The translations under genes and the position numbers were made by a program. From Podospora anserina (lineage: Eukaryota), in assembly GCA_017654855.1 (NCBI GenBank), contig CM030337.1, positions 1,426,001 to 1,490,000 of the forward strand: DNA of 64,000 nucleotides. Reading direction: 5' to 3'. The notes beneath the pieces were generated by a model. That model was not told where the DNA came from. It saw only the letters and a program-made list of their open reading frames with translations, and did no database searches. Shown here one piece after another: positions 50,744-64,000 of the stretch (positions are counted from its first letter, which is position 1; each line of letters starts with the position of its first letter).

Positions 50744-51531
50744 ATGTCAACCCCAAAACCAACAGAAAGCGCGGCGACACCAGCCGATCCCGCCCCAGTT
50801 GACACCCGCGATGCGCTCGAAGTCCTCGAGTCGGAAGCCAAGGAGTGGGACAAGGTATGCGATCGCAAACATCACCCGCCCTCATCACCATCCCATCCCT
50901 CCCCTGTCCAATCCCCATTCTCCCAACAATGGTACTAACACCCCTTATCCCCCAGGACGCCGAAATCGACCGCATCCTCAAAGCCTTCCGCCTGAACGCC
51001 TACGCCGTCCTCGGCCTAAAACCCGGCGCCCCCGAATCCGACATCAAAAACCTCTATCGCAAGAAATCCCTCCTCATCCATCCAGACAAGACCAAAAACC
51101 CCCTTGCCCCCGACGCCTTCGACCGTTTGAAAAAAGCGCAGACCGAGCTCATGGACGAGAAGCACCGCGCCCGACTCGACGAGGCCATCGCCGACGCTCG
51201 CATGCTCTTGATGCGGGAGATGAAGCTCACTGTTGACTCCGAAGAGCTCAAAACCCCAGAGTTTGAGAAGAAGTGGGATGAAAAGACGGTACTTGTGCTG
51301 GTGGAGAATGAGCAAAGGAGGAGGCGGCAGATGAAGGCGCAGTTGCAAGAGGAGGGTAGGGAGCAGAGGAAGCAGGAGGAGGAGTTGGAGCAGAGGAAGA
51401 AGAAGAGGCAGCATGAGGAGGACTGGGAGAAGACGAGGGATCAGAGGATTGATAGCTGGAGGCAGTTTCAGAAGGGGAAGAATGGGGAGCCGGAGAAGAA
51501 GAAGAAGAAGAAGTTGAAGCCGATTGGGTGA
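50744..51531 (+). CDS. SPF31: J-domain protein, Spf31/DNAJC8 type; exons 50744-50854 and 50956-51531
   Basis: EAKEWDK|DAEIDRIL, YRKKSLLIHPDK and WEKTRDQRIDSWRQFQKG. Confidence 0.92.
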
Positions 51532-52207
51532 GCTGATGGGGGGGTTAGCAGCACAGATGAGATACGCAAGACTTCAGATGAGATGGAATAGAACGAACTG
51601 ACGGGATGGGATAAGCATAACAGGGCATCATCTCGAACGAAGCAGCAGGGATTTGAGCTTATGGAAGTGGAAGGGCATTCATGTCGTGAGTTACATTTCT
51701 GGGTGAAGGAGAGGTAGAGAGGACGTTGTTTGACCCCTGACCATATCATCAGTTGCCAGCATACTCTACACATTAGCGTGGAAGTCATCTTGCCCCAGCC
51801 TCCTTGGGTGGTGGTTTATCCTCTCCTGAAAATGGTCTGTACACACACATCAAGCTCCATGCTGTGAACCGTTTCTCTTTATTGACGTTTCTTTCAGGTC
51901 TCAAGGTAAGATTCCCAAGATCCGTGATGCCAAATGCCTTTTTTGTGTGGGTCTTGGTTGGATGTCCTGTCCACAAGCCATCCCTTTCAAGGTGAGATCC
52001 GCGTGGTTCGTAATCAAGACGACAAACGCATCTTGGAAAATGCGACTTCACCTATTAGAAAATGAGCCATCGTAGTTGAAATACCATCAGCCTTCGTTCA
52101 TGGGGATAGCGGTCCCTCAAGAGTACAATATGGACAACATGACGCAGGCTTGACCATGAACCCTTTATGAAAATCCATTTCAGATCATGTATCCCACCGC
52201 AAATCTC

Positions 52208-54345
52208 CTACCTCATAGCCATAGCCTTCTCATTCAACACCCTCTCCTCCTTCTTCTGCTTCCCCTCCTTGGGCGCATGAGTCTTCTTATACTTCAAAAA
52301 CCTCACCAAATTCAACACCGCCTCATCCGCCTTATCCCTCAACTCCCCCTGCGCCCTCTTATCAATTCCCTTCGCCAACGCTCTCAACTTGGGCAAAAAC
52401 TCCTCCAGATGCTTATGGAAGCCCTCCTTCCAGAACACCTCCTTATCATTTTCCGTGGCCTCATCACCATAAATGTCAAAAATCTGGTTGACAGCCTCTA
52501 CAACATCAGCCGGTGGGATGGTCTTGTCCTGCTCACAGCTCTGGAGGAGAGTGATCAAAAAGACGCCAATCTCGCGGTTGAGATCAATAGGAGCTGTGTC
52601 CCTGGCCAAAGAGCCAAGGATACCAACGCACTTGACGCCCAGACCCTGGAGGGGGTCAACCTCCTTTCCTTCTTCTGGTTTTGGCTGGTTCTTCGCGGCC
52701 TGGTAGAGCGCAATGAACTTGCGATGTTGGCCTGGAGTCAACGGTACATTTGCACCCAAGCTGCGGGCAATAGCCCAGGCAAGACTGGCTATTTGGGTGG
52801 CGAGGTCGAGATCAGCATTGTCAGCCTCGACGATGGGAGTGATGGCCTTGACCCAAATCTTTTTGGCGGCTGGATACCACGCATCATAGATGTTGGAGTT
52901 TTCGCTCTCAGAGAAGTCGATGCATGCGACGGTCCAGGCAATATTGTTGAGGGCCGTAAGGGCATTTGACTGGATTGCGAGGTTCTCTTCGCCATCGATC
53001 TGAATATTGGATAGACGAACCAATTGCGGGATAGCTTGTTGAATGAAGGCGCCGAGCGTGGGAAGGTCGTCCAGATCTCCAGAGTCAAATGGGTCGTCGG
53101 CTCCTGTTACCTTTTCCATATCGGCTTCCAGATCGGCAATATCGTCATCGTCATCCTCCTCGTCTTCATCCATGTCGTCATCCTCCTCATCGTCCTCTTT
53201 GTCTTCGTCATCACCGTCCCCGGCATTGGAAGCTCCGTCCACATCCATCGCGTCGTCACCCTCAGGCTTGTCCTCAAGTCCGTTCCATTCCTCCTCCTTT
53301 GGTTGAGAACGGTTGCCCTTCTCAAGAGTCTCCTGTAAATCGGCACCGATAGAAGCCAAAATCTCCAAAGCTAATTGGACAACAGCTCCCTGGTTGGCGT
53401 TCCCATTAGCCACAGCGCTCGCCGAAGGTACATGTTCCAATGCACGAGTGAGGGTTCCAATAAGAACTGCATCGCAAGCGCCGTCCTTCCCGGGGCTGTG
53501 GTCGAGCCATTGTAATGACGAGAAAACATTGTGAAGAACACCGCACGCCATCACCGATCGAGGACCGGAGCCAGAGGCAAGTTTGAGAAGGACGTCGTAG
53601 CATCTAGTTTCCTGGTCGTTCGTCATGGCTTGGCCCAGCTCGAGGTTGTCTTCTGAAAGTGTCGTCAGGCAGGAGAGGGTCTCCTCGTAGATCTCTTGCG
53701 GCGTGGACTCTGAGGCAGCCAGACGGAAGAGGAATTTGACGATGGTTTGGTTGGCCACGATAGCGGTGGTGATCTCCTCGCGGGCCATGCCGAGAAGATT
53801 GAGGAGAGCAAGAAGGGAGCTTGAGATCTCCCATACAATACGCTGCTGAGCCTTGGTGAGCTTGGAGAAGACAGGCTCAGTTGATGTGAGTGTGTCAAGA
53901 ATCTATGACCTGGTTAGCTCTGGCAAGTTCATAAGAGTTGTAGGTCACATACAGCCTTGGCAGCATGCTCGATGGCAGTCAGAATGTCGAGTCTGTATAG
54001 GTGTACACAGAAATCGGCCTCCTCTTCCTCAGCGAGAACCTTGAGAATCTCCCAGCCAGCAGCTCGGCTGTCGATGCTGTTGTCTGTGAGTGTCTCGGTG
54101 AGAACAATGTGAACAACCTGCTCCCTGAGAAGCAGCTTTCTGGTTTTGGCATCTTGAACGATGTTGGCGATGGCGCCGGCAGCCTGTGTTCTTGATTTGG
54201 CTTCGGGGTTCTTGAGATCCTTGAGAATGGGGAGAATTTTGCTCTCACGGAGCTTTGCAAGCTCTGGATCAGATGGTGGTTTTGAAGCCCTTGCGATGGG
54301 GTCTGCGCGGCTGGCACGCACTCTGTTCTTTCTTGCTTTGCCCAT
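52208..54345 (-). CDS. SYO1: Symportin Syo1 (HEATR3; ARM/HEAT import adaptor for Rpl5/Rpl11); exons 54345-53953 and 53902-52208
   Basis: The N-terminus MGKARKNRVR..DPELAKLRESKILPILKDL..RKLLLREQVVHIVLTETLTD closely matches my recollection of Chaetomium Syo1. Central acidic loop; 50-nt intron. Confidence 0.9.
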
Positions 54346-55114
54346 TTTTGTATCTGGAAAATGTCTGATGGTTATGACGTGGCGTTTATGAGAGAAATAT
54401 CTGGAAATAGGGTCCCACGAAAATTTCCCAGGTTTGCTCAAGGCAGAAAGTAAATAAAATCTAGATGGTTGTCGCAACAACAATTGTGGAAGAAAAGTTG
54501 AGAAAAGCCCTTCAACCCCACACTCGTCCCCCGCCATCCACACAAATTGAACCCTGGTCCATGAGATGCGGAGATCCAGGGTCGGGCACGAAGTACCTTT
54601 TGTGACACCAGACATGTTGAATTTCTCAAATGACAGAGGTTCCACACTTAGACTTGATGTTCAGAATATTCATACTGGCTCATGTTAAGGTGTTAAGCTA
54701 GCCAATGTCTCACATCGTTACACTTCATTCCCTTCCCACTCAAGTAGATGAGAACACAGGTCGCAAACAAAAGTACTTCGGCTGCTAAACAGCTCCAAGG
54801 GTTCGTTGATGCGGGACATGGCAGCCCTGTAAGTGGAGCCGAGCTGTCTTGGCTTTAGCGAGCCACGTTTAACCCAGACGCGCCAATCTAACCACCATCG
54901 ACCTCCATCCACTATCATTGCCGAGTTCGGGGTCCTAGATCAAGCTCCCGAGGCATCAAGGAAGTCAACCAGACTGGCGACTAATATTGATTGAATGAGA
55001 TGCGGTTCCGCGCACACCAGCCAATCTCTCATCGTCTGAGACACTGAGCTATTACTTTATATCGTGGTTGATGAACGGGAATGCACTCAGCTGGCATCAA
55101 TCGCTGAGTGCAAG

Positions 55115-57346
55115 ATGGGACTTTTCACCAACAACGACGACGCAATGGTTAAGAAGGACGATGATCTCAAGCGGGGGAAGACGCTTCCCACTCGCGCACC
55201 ATGGGCACCAGCTTCAGCACCCAGAACGCCCCCGCGCAAGACGATCAAGCGGCTCGTGATTGCTTTGGCTGTGGGATTCTTCGTCTATTTGTTCATCAAG
55301 AATCTACCGCCAATGGATGATCAAGTACGCAGAGACTACAGGCATCCGAGATATTCAGATCGCAAGCCGGGAAAACAGCCAGGCCCGATGCCAAAGATGA
55401 AGCCCCCACCACCTGAGCGCATACCGGAGAAGCCCGTGGTGAAGGACATCCCGAGTGAACAGCCTGCTGCTGTCGTGGTACCCCCTGTCGTAACTGACAC
55501 TGCTACCAACGCCAGAACATATGATGGCCCTATTTACTTCAGGAAGCTGGCTGCGACATTACAAGCCATTGAGAGCAGTACGAGCGGCTTCAGCGCGGTG
55601 AATAAGAATGTGCTGTTTGCCGCTGCTAGCTTGAAGAGCGCCTCAGTCTTGCTCCCAATGGCATGCAAGATGGGGACTGAGCTTCGAAGCTATGTGCACT
55701 TTGCATTGATGGGTGGTAGTGAGATTGATTTGGATGAACTTCAAGCTGTTAACGGCATCGACGAGTCCTGCCAGATCATCTTTCACGGTAAGAGGACAGA
55801 TCATGTGCCGATGCCTATATCAATGCTAATCCGTGAACCACCATAGATGCGAGGCCTGATTATGCCTCAACCTCGACATTGAGCCGCCTCGAAACATGTG
55901 CTACACGTGGATTATGTGAGCTTCCTTTCCATGACAGTTTGATAACACACCTCTCACACGCTGATAGACCACATTTACAAGTATATGCATCCTCAAGTTC
56001 TGTTTCTTGATGCTTCTGGTGTGGAAGAGCACTATTTTCTCGATGGCATCCGCAAACAAGCAGACGTCTCTGGAGTGCCCATTATTGAGCTGCCCAAGAA
56101 TGCTCACTCACGGTTATCTTGGATGACGAAACTCGATAGCTCGTCGTTGGCGGCTTGGAATAGGATCAGCGTCGATATACTGATCCATGCGCCACCTGTA
56201 GGCTCTGGTAGCCTGATTCGATTGCTTCAATCATTATCAGCAGCTGATTTCTCAGCGGGCCCAACGCCTCACCTCACCATCGAACTTCCTCATGACATTG
56301 ATCGGGCTACGACAGAATTCTTGAGGGACTTTACTTGGCCACCAAGCCGCACACACAGCCTTTCCAATGTGCGGCAACTTACACTCAGACATCGCATACC
56401 TCGGGCTAGGTTGACCGAAGAAGAAAGTTCGGTCCGTCTTCTCGAGTCCTTCTGGCCGGTCAGTCCGCGATACTCTCACGTGCTGGTACTATCACCCCAA
56501 GTCCAGCTATCGCCTGGATTCTTTCACTGTAAGTCTTTTCTCAACCAGCTCAACTGGCCCGGTAACTAACATCCACCAGACCTGAAATTCACTCTGCTGG
56601 AATATCTCTACTCATCCAATTCCCTCCTCCAAAGCTGGGATTCCCGCCTGCTCGGTATCAGCCTCGACCTGCCCCCCACAACGCTAGCAGACACCTCAAA
56701 GTCATTCAGCCCACCTGCTCCCAAACCCATGACACAGGCCAAAGACTCCAAAAAGCCATCACTATCCTCTCAAACGTCTAGCTCAGCTCCTTTCCTGTGG
56801 CAGTCCCCCAACAGCAACGCCATGCTCTACCTCGGCACTAAGTGGACAGAACTCCACTCTCTTGTATCGAACACTATCGAACATCAACACTCTACCTCGT
56901 CCCTCTCAACATTTTTCACCACCAAGGCCGTTAGCAAGAGGTATCCCTCCTGGCTGGAACACGCCCTCAGGCTTTCAAGAGCAAAGGGGTATTTCGCGCT
57001 GTATCCTAGTGAGGCTACTGCTATATACTTGGCTACGACGCATAATGAGTTGTTTAAGGGGCCGGAGGAGTACGAGAAGGAGCTGGAGGTAGATGATGGG
57101 AGAGGAGAGGAGGTCAGGCTCACGTCTGGGCCGCTGTTGGAGACGGTGCGGTTGTTGGGGTTTGATGAGATGCCAATTGTGAGTTGGGAGGGCAAGGAAA
57201 CGGGTTTGGAGGGGTTGGATGAGGGGGCGGAGGAGTATGTTAGGGAGTTTAGGAAGGCGGTTGGGGGGAGGTGTGAGGGGTGGGAGGGGGGGGAGGTGGG
57301 GGAGAGGTTGGGGGTGGGGGGTTTGTTTTGTTTGAGGGGGGAGTGA
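55115..57346 (+). CDS. Type II membrane protein, fungal glycosyltransferase-2-like, 4 exons
   Basis: TM helix LVIALAVGFFVYLFI, Pro-rich stem, then SLIRLLQSLSAADF, LTLRHRIPR, LESFWP, HVLVLSPQVQLSP and PFLWQSPNSNAMLY. Introns at about 55788-55846, 55916-55967 and 56529-56579. Confidence 0.8.
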
Positions 57347-57579
57347 GGACGTGATGTAGGTTATGGGGTAAGTTTGAAGGTTTCATATGGAAGAGGGACA
57401 TTAATGTGGTTTGGGTACTTGTATCTCATAGTCCGGGTATCTCTCCGTTATCGTCTGAGCATCTGAGCTTGGTTAGTCACATTCTACCTTACATTTTTGA
57501 GATGTACGGATCATGATATTCATTAATGCATAGAGTGGCAACCATCCTCGTAAATTGCTTTCTCATCTTCCAGCATCAC

Positions 57580-58303
57580 TCACTCGTCAGCCCCCTCATT
57601 CAACTTATTTATCACCAACAACGACACGCACGCGCCGACGATACACAGCGCTATGCAAGCCATCACCTATTATCCCATCAGTACATATTCCTCTTTTTTG
57701 TTCCCCTGTCCCAGTACTTACAGTCTGCGTCTTCCACCCTGTCTGCACAATCGCCGCCCTCCTGCTGTACTTATTCACCGTTTCTACCATCTCATCAGCA
57801 ACAATTCCCCTCCCCTCCCCTCCCCTTCCCATTCCACATTACTCACTGATATAATTCGCCAAGCCCACCCCAAGACAGCTCACACTCAACGCCCAGAAAA
57901 CCGCCCCCAAGGGATACGCCATCCTCAACTCGGTCTCTGTCGCTGTTTTCCGCAGATGAAAGGACAGGACTATCGCGACGGAGACAATGGCCATGTAGAT
58001 CGATAACCGGAGGTAAGAGAGAAAGGTGCGCTCGTTGGCGCAGTGGTCGCGGCAGTCGGAGGATTCGTTGTTGAAGATTAGGGGGCCGAATAGAGGGGGG
58101 TGGAAGAAGGCTCTGGCGAGGGGGTCGCGGCTTGTTGTGAGATGAAATTATTAGTGCTGAGGATTTGAGAAGACATGAGATAAAATATGAGCTGTGATTT
58201 ACTCTATAATCTGGTGAACATCCACCGGCCTTGTCAGTGAAGCCAATGGCTGACAACACAAACTCGACCGGGTGAGGTCTTCCTCGTCTATTTGATCGCT
58301 CAT
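57580..58303 (-). CDS. DUF202 (VTC1-like) small membrane protein, 177 aa; exons 58303-58203, 58130-57847, 57783-57722, 57666-57580
   Basis: The spliced frame reads MSDQIDEE...NESSDCRDHCANERTFLSYLRLSIYMAIVSVAIVLSFHL... with three TM segments. ANERTFL is the DUF202 signature. All introns are GT-AG and phase-consistent. Confidence 0.9.
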
Positions 58304-58550
58304 GGCTGGATTTTGGTCTGGAGGGATGAAAAGTGTATTTGGGATGGTTGGATAGGTAGAGGGCATCATAAAATTTCTATTTCGTAAGTTTGATATGAGA
58401 TGTGATGAGTTTGTATAAGTGTGCTGCCCTCACAAACATGACGCCATCGTGGGCTTGAATGAGAACCTTGCTGGTGTTTGTTGCAACGAGTGGGGGTGAG
58501 CGGGGGTCATTCTTGACACTTATCGGAGCGCTTATCGGTGGCAGCGGGGC

Positions 58551-58623
58551 ACGCGTTGGGCTTTTAATTAGTGCGGCTTCTGCCTGCGCGACCTGACGCG
58601 AAGGAGCTGGGAGGGAAACGCGT
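58551..58623. promoter_or_regulatory. MCB (MluI cell-cycle box) elements upstream of RFA2
   Basis: ACGCGT at 58551-58556 and 58618-58623, plus ACGCGAA near 58596, all within 190 bp of the RFA2 ATG. Confidence 0.6.
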
Positions 58624-58737
58624 CTTTCGGTTTATTCACCTTTCCAAGCATTTTGAAGTTTGTTGTTGACTTGACTACGACACCACCCGCGCTATTGACA
58701 GACTTCTTGCAACAACATATAACGACTTCAGGACACC

Positions 58738-59714
58738 ATGAGTATGCTATACCGATCAGGAACACAATATTGACAGGCTAAGGCTAATGTAATGGCAGCA
58801 TCATACGGCGGGTATCAAAGAACGGGCTATGGCGCCCAAGGCGGTGATGAGGGCGGCGGCTTCATGAGCGGTTCCCAGCAAGGCAGTCAGGGTCAATCAA
58901 AGAGGGTATGTTCCCACATAAGGTCTCGCACTACCTGAGCCCCCAGGCTAACATCGATCCCCCACAACAGAGCACAATCGACGAGTACCTCCGCCCAGTA
59001 ACTATCAAGCAAATCCACGACGCCAAAGCCGGCTACAACGAGTCCGAGATCACCATCGACGGCTTCCCCGTCAGCACAGTCACCCTTGTCGGCCAAGTGC
59101 GCTCCGTCCAACCCCAAACCACAAACATCACATACAAGATCGACGACGGCACCGGCGGTACCATCGACGTCAAGAAATGGGTCGACCTCGAAAAGTCCGA
59201 ATCAGGCGCCGAGACCCCCTTTAGCCTTGACACCTGGGTCCGTGTTCTCGGTAGACTCTCGAGCTTCAACGGCAAGATCCACGTTGGCGCACACCATGTC
59301 AGAGTGATCGACGATTATAACGAGGTCAGCTATCATTTGTTGGAGTCTACCTATGTGCATGTCTGCATCTCGAGGGGTTTACCTGGTGGTCCTTGGCCAC
59401 AAAAAGAGGGTGCGGCTGCTGGTGGTCATGGTGGAGGGGACTCTGACAGCATGTTCATCGACAGTGGGAATGGGTATTCAGGTGATGCTGCGGCGGCTAA
59501 TGCTAGGGTGGCGTCTTGCTCGAGACAGGCCAAGTCGTTGTATCAGTTCATGCAGAGCGATCCAAGATCGATAGAAGGGATCAATGTCGCTGATGTCATG
59601 GCTGGGTCTGGGATGGGCAAGAGGGATGTGCTTGCAGCGGCGGATGAGTTGTTGGGCAACGGTATTGTCTATACCACTGTTGATGATGAGACCTGGGCCA
59701 TTCTCGAGACATAA
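58738..59714 (+). CDS. RFA2: Replication protein A 32-kDa subunit; exons 58738-58741, 58799-58905, 58970-59714
   Basis: Gly-rich N-terminus (GGGFMSGSQ), OB fold LRPVTIKQI...YKIDDGTG...DYNEVSYHLLE, and winged-helix C-terminus GIVYTTVDDETW. Confidence 0.95.
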
Positions 59715-60169
59715 AATTGTTTGGTGTAGGGGGCATGTACAGATTGAATGACGGGATATGCATGGCGAGGGATACCACGGCGCCAGTTATTTGACTGATT
59801 GCTTTGATTTGTCTCATGTAGAGTACGTACAATTCCCATGGCATTCTGATTTGGGGCTACCGAAGGATCATTGCAGTTGTTCGGTGGATTATAGCTACTA
59901 TCTAGGTAGATCTGACCTAACAGTCGTAAAGAGCGCAAAACATCATCTCAAACAAGAATCCAAGACCAATTAGCCAAACAAACAAAAAGTCAATCTGCGA
60001 GCCATATGTTGAGTATGGCGATACATGTAAGCAAACGACCCCCTTTCAAACTTGGTCAAAAATCACCATAGGTTGAGTTGATCAACCAGCATCAAACATC
60101 CAAAAACAAACAAAACAAAAACAGAAAATTCAGACGCACCAGAAACCATTCCTTCCTCTCTTTCCCAAA

Positions 60170-61206
60170 TCAACCAACAACCTTGCCAACCCTCCTCCCC
60201 TTCCCCGTCGCGCCCGGCTCCCGCACCATGATAGTCAACCTAACCGGCCACCTCCCCCTCTTCAAATAAATCTCCTTCTTGATCTCAAACCCAAACTTCT
60301 TGTAATACTCATTATTCACCGCCGAGCTCGACTCAAGGTACATCTGCCTCCCCTCCCTATCCGCCCTCATCATCCCATCCCTCAGCAACCGTCCCCCCAA
60401 GCCCCTCCCCTGAGATCTCGGTTTAGTGCCCAAGTAAACCAAATACCAAGCATCATTCTCCTTCTCCGGGCCCAAGACCTCCCGCTTGGTGTCGTGAAGC
60501 AGAGGGAGGATCTCGTCAAAGAGACGGCGACGGCCTTCAGCGCAGAGTTGGAAGTGCAGACGCCAGAGCCCAGAGCGGAAGTGGGTTAGGTAGCTGTCGA
60601 GGGAGGGGGGTGGGTTGGGTGGTACCCTTTTTCTTTTATCAACACTTTGTTTTCATCATGCGGTGAGGGGAGGGGCACTTACCAAAGAGCAACACTATCA
60701 AAATCCTCCCCCACCGTCGTCACAAGCCCCCCGCCGATGCAGTGAGAGGCGACGGTGTAAGTCAGGATATCGACATGAAGGTTCCATTTGTCTTCCGCCG
60801 CACCCTTGCCCTGTCGTCCCTTTGCCTCGCCGCCGAAACCAGCCCAGGTGAATGTCACCCCTCCAGATGTGGTGGCGGAATCATCGTTGGAAAGAGGGGA
60901 TTCAACAGCGGGGTTGCTCTCGATATCCACCAGATACCTCGCGTAGTCATCCGCCTGGAACGCGTGCGCGAGACTGAGGGCCGCCTCGCGGCATTCGTGG
61001 GTTTGGACGGTGCGCACTTGGGTGTTCCAGGCTGCGGGGAGGAGGGAGCGTTTGGTGAGTGTTGCAAGGACTTTCACGCCACTACTGCTGCCATTCCCAC
61101 CACTGTTTGTTGTTGTTGATGAGGTGGAGAGTGGAATGGTCGTGGCGGAGGGGTTGGAGGTCGTGGTTGTTGTTGTTGTGGTGGTGGTGGTGGTTGACGT
61201 CGCCAT
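60170..61206 (-). CDS. GNAT-family N-acetyltransferase; exons 61206-60683 and 60626-60170
   Basis: AALSLAHAF, FDSVALW|VPP, WYLVYLGT, acetyl-CoA motif QGRGLGG and YLESS..YYKKFGF; poly-Thr N-terminus. Confidence 0.92.
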
Positions 61207-63106
61207 GCTGGGCTAACGTCTCGTTCAACTACATCATGGTGAGCATGAGATAAGACGGACGACTTGGGAGGGAGAGAAGTACTTTATGTGTCTGATATAT
61301 TTTGTATACTATCACCCGTATGGACTCTCGAAAGCTGACTTCTCGAGACGGGCATAAACCCTATTGAGGACGACCTCATTAGCATCTCGGTCTTCCAGAA
61401 CAACCGCAATGTGTGATTTGATGACTTACTGGACGGGTGGCGGAGGCAATTAAGTGCGGTTCGCAAATCAGCAGACATCAATGTGGTCTTTGAGCTGTCC
61501 TGGCTCCGTTGGCTGGTAAAAACAGAGGAGGTGAAAGTGTAATCGAAGAAAAGGTCTTGACCAAGACCCGGCTGTATGGGTTATCTTCGAAGAGCGGCTG
61601 TTGTTGTTCTCGAATGTCTCGTTACACGTAAGAGTAAAAAGACAACGAGAGATAGGTTGGGGGGGAAAGTGTTTGTATATATGTGTAAGTACCAGCCTGC
61701 CGGAGAGTGGATGGATGATTGTCGTTTGGGGTTTCTTGGCGTGGGCTGTGTAAGACGGGTTGATGGTGATAGATTGGATAGTGGGAGTGGCAAAATGACT
61801 GGATGGGACGAGTCCTGGTAGGGATTGTCCTAGTAGTCTGAGTGGTGGTAGTAGCAGCGGTAGCAGGTTATGGTCGTTGTGCAAGAAGAAGCAAACAAGA
61901 CAACAACAGCAGCAACACAGCAACAACTACAAGATCGAACAAACAAACAACAGGCAAGACAATGGCAACAGCGCGTAGTGTGTGTGCGTGCCCTTGATGC
62001 TAAATTGCCCCCCTGAATGGGGGACTTTCAAGTAGACTTGGATAATACGGGGGGGTGTTGTACTGGATCAACTCTGGGGTAGTGGTCGTTCTGACGAAGA
62101 ATCCAAGAAGGCGACGAAGTGGCAGGTAGGCACCTTGAATATGTAGACAGCAAACTAGGACGGACCTCTTAACAATTTCTGAGACAAATGACACGAAGGG
62201 GGACCAGCTTGCTCCGACGTAATGAGACAAGGATGACGAGAGTCGGAGACGATAAGATAGGTGGGATGAGAAGTTCCCAATGTTTGGAAATCAGGCAAGC
62301 AGCCGGAGGAATGCAGCGGGCTCTTTTGGGAAAGACGGGGAGCACTTACACCACGCCCACGAGGACATGCATGTAGGGGAACGGTGGGCTCCCCATGTGT
62401 GAGCACTCACACCGCAGAGAGCCGGAGAAGGTCTCCCCCAGTCCACCCAGTCATCAGACAACACAAGTCCGTATCTCTCTGTTAGGGAATAGGAAATGGT
62501 CGGGAATGGTTCCGTTGAAGGTCCCGGACAACGGGGCGGGCGTATCCATTGGCTGCCAACGGCTGCCCACAGACCGGGGGAAACCAGGGAGGTCCCAAGG
62601 ACGGAACCATGAAGCAACGGCAGCGCCGGCATCCCCAACGTCGGTCAAAGGTGGGGGTTGGGATCTCGCCTTCGTCCAAACTCGCTATCCAATGAAGCCT
62701 GCACGAGATGCAACCTGTACAGCATCCTGTTGACGAACAGGGTCCTTGTCCCCAGGCTCAACAGTCCAATTCCTAGCGGTTCAGCTGCACATGCCAAGTT
62801 AGACGGACTAGGGGACTGGGGGGACTGTGCTGATCCGAGCATCGGGTCCCACCGGTGTTTGAGTGGAAAGTTGGCCATCAAATGGTCATGTAAGTCGCCC
62901 TGTTCCAATCAAACGTCGTCAATTCGTGGCCTGTATGTACACGGATATGCAAGATGATCAGGTGACGCAGCCATGGGTGTCCTGACCGCACGCCCTGCCT
63001 GCAGCCGCTGGTTCCCGAGAGATAGTAATACCTGTCATGATAAGAGCTTGTCCAGTCGAAGACAGAGATAAACGGGTGGCATACTCAGCAGCAAGCACGA
63101 ACAGCT

Positions 63107-63137
<31 letters not shown>
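63107..63137. repeat. (GTT)n microsatellite, about 10 units
   Basis: Directly visible perfect run. Confidence 0.95.
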
Positions 63138-63485
63138 CACATCGCATGGTTGCATGCCCGGAGCACCAATGTTCTGTACCCCCCGTTGCCGAATCTACAG
63201 GAAAATAGTTCTTCTGATTATTATTTTGGTAGAAACCCCCCACCCTAGCCCCCCCAAAGCAATTGCTCTGCGATTAAGTAAGACTACCAGTGTTGTGTAT
63301 GCAAGGTGCTGAAAAAGGAAGCAAGCGGCTCTCTGCCCGGCTTTATAAGTCGCCGGTCCAAACAAAGCAGAGAGCGGATATCTTAGGCATAAAAAGCGGA
63401 AACCAATCGGACGGCCAACGTCTCGAAAAACTGCACTTTTCTTTTGCTGTGTTTTGCTGTGTAATCCGAATTCCGATCCCGTCCA

Positions 63486-64000
<515 letters not shown>

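Overview
Eukaryotic, intron-containing DNA from a filamentous ascomycete. It is inferred to be Sordariales, probably Podospora-like, from protein similarity, GT..CTRAC..YAG introns and RIP-type damage. The left edge holds the 5' end of a minus-strand Ty3/gypsy LTR retrotransposon: an intact 401-bp LTR plus a RIP-damaged gag. Next is a HET-domain gene, followed by conserved housekeeping genes: TAO3/PAG1, NADPH-P450 reductase, an MSSP-type RRM protein, RIO2, RPN1, SEC1, an FCY2-like permease, RIB7, a CYSTM protein and an intron-containing tRNA-Arg(CCG). A related solo LTR with a 5-bp TSD sits in the tRNA's terminator region. It opens a gene-poor accessory block of about 8.5 kb (38.9-47.3 kb) holding gene relics, a five-exon DUF6594-like membrane-protein gene not visible as a single ORF, and a decayed 21-bp (heptad) repeat gene relic. 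Housekeeping genes then resume: DBP10, SPF31/DNAJC8, SYO1, a GT2-like membrane protein, a DUF202 protein, RFA2, a GNAT and a partial IDI1. The most interesting signals are the Tf1-like self-priming structure of the LTR element, two LTRs with a shared R/U5 but unrelated U3 regions, and the accessory block. All gene models and family calls were made by eye; no searches were run.
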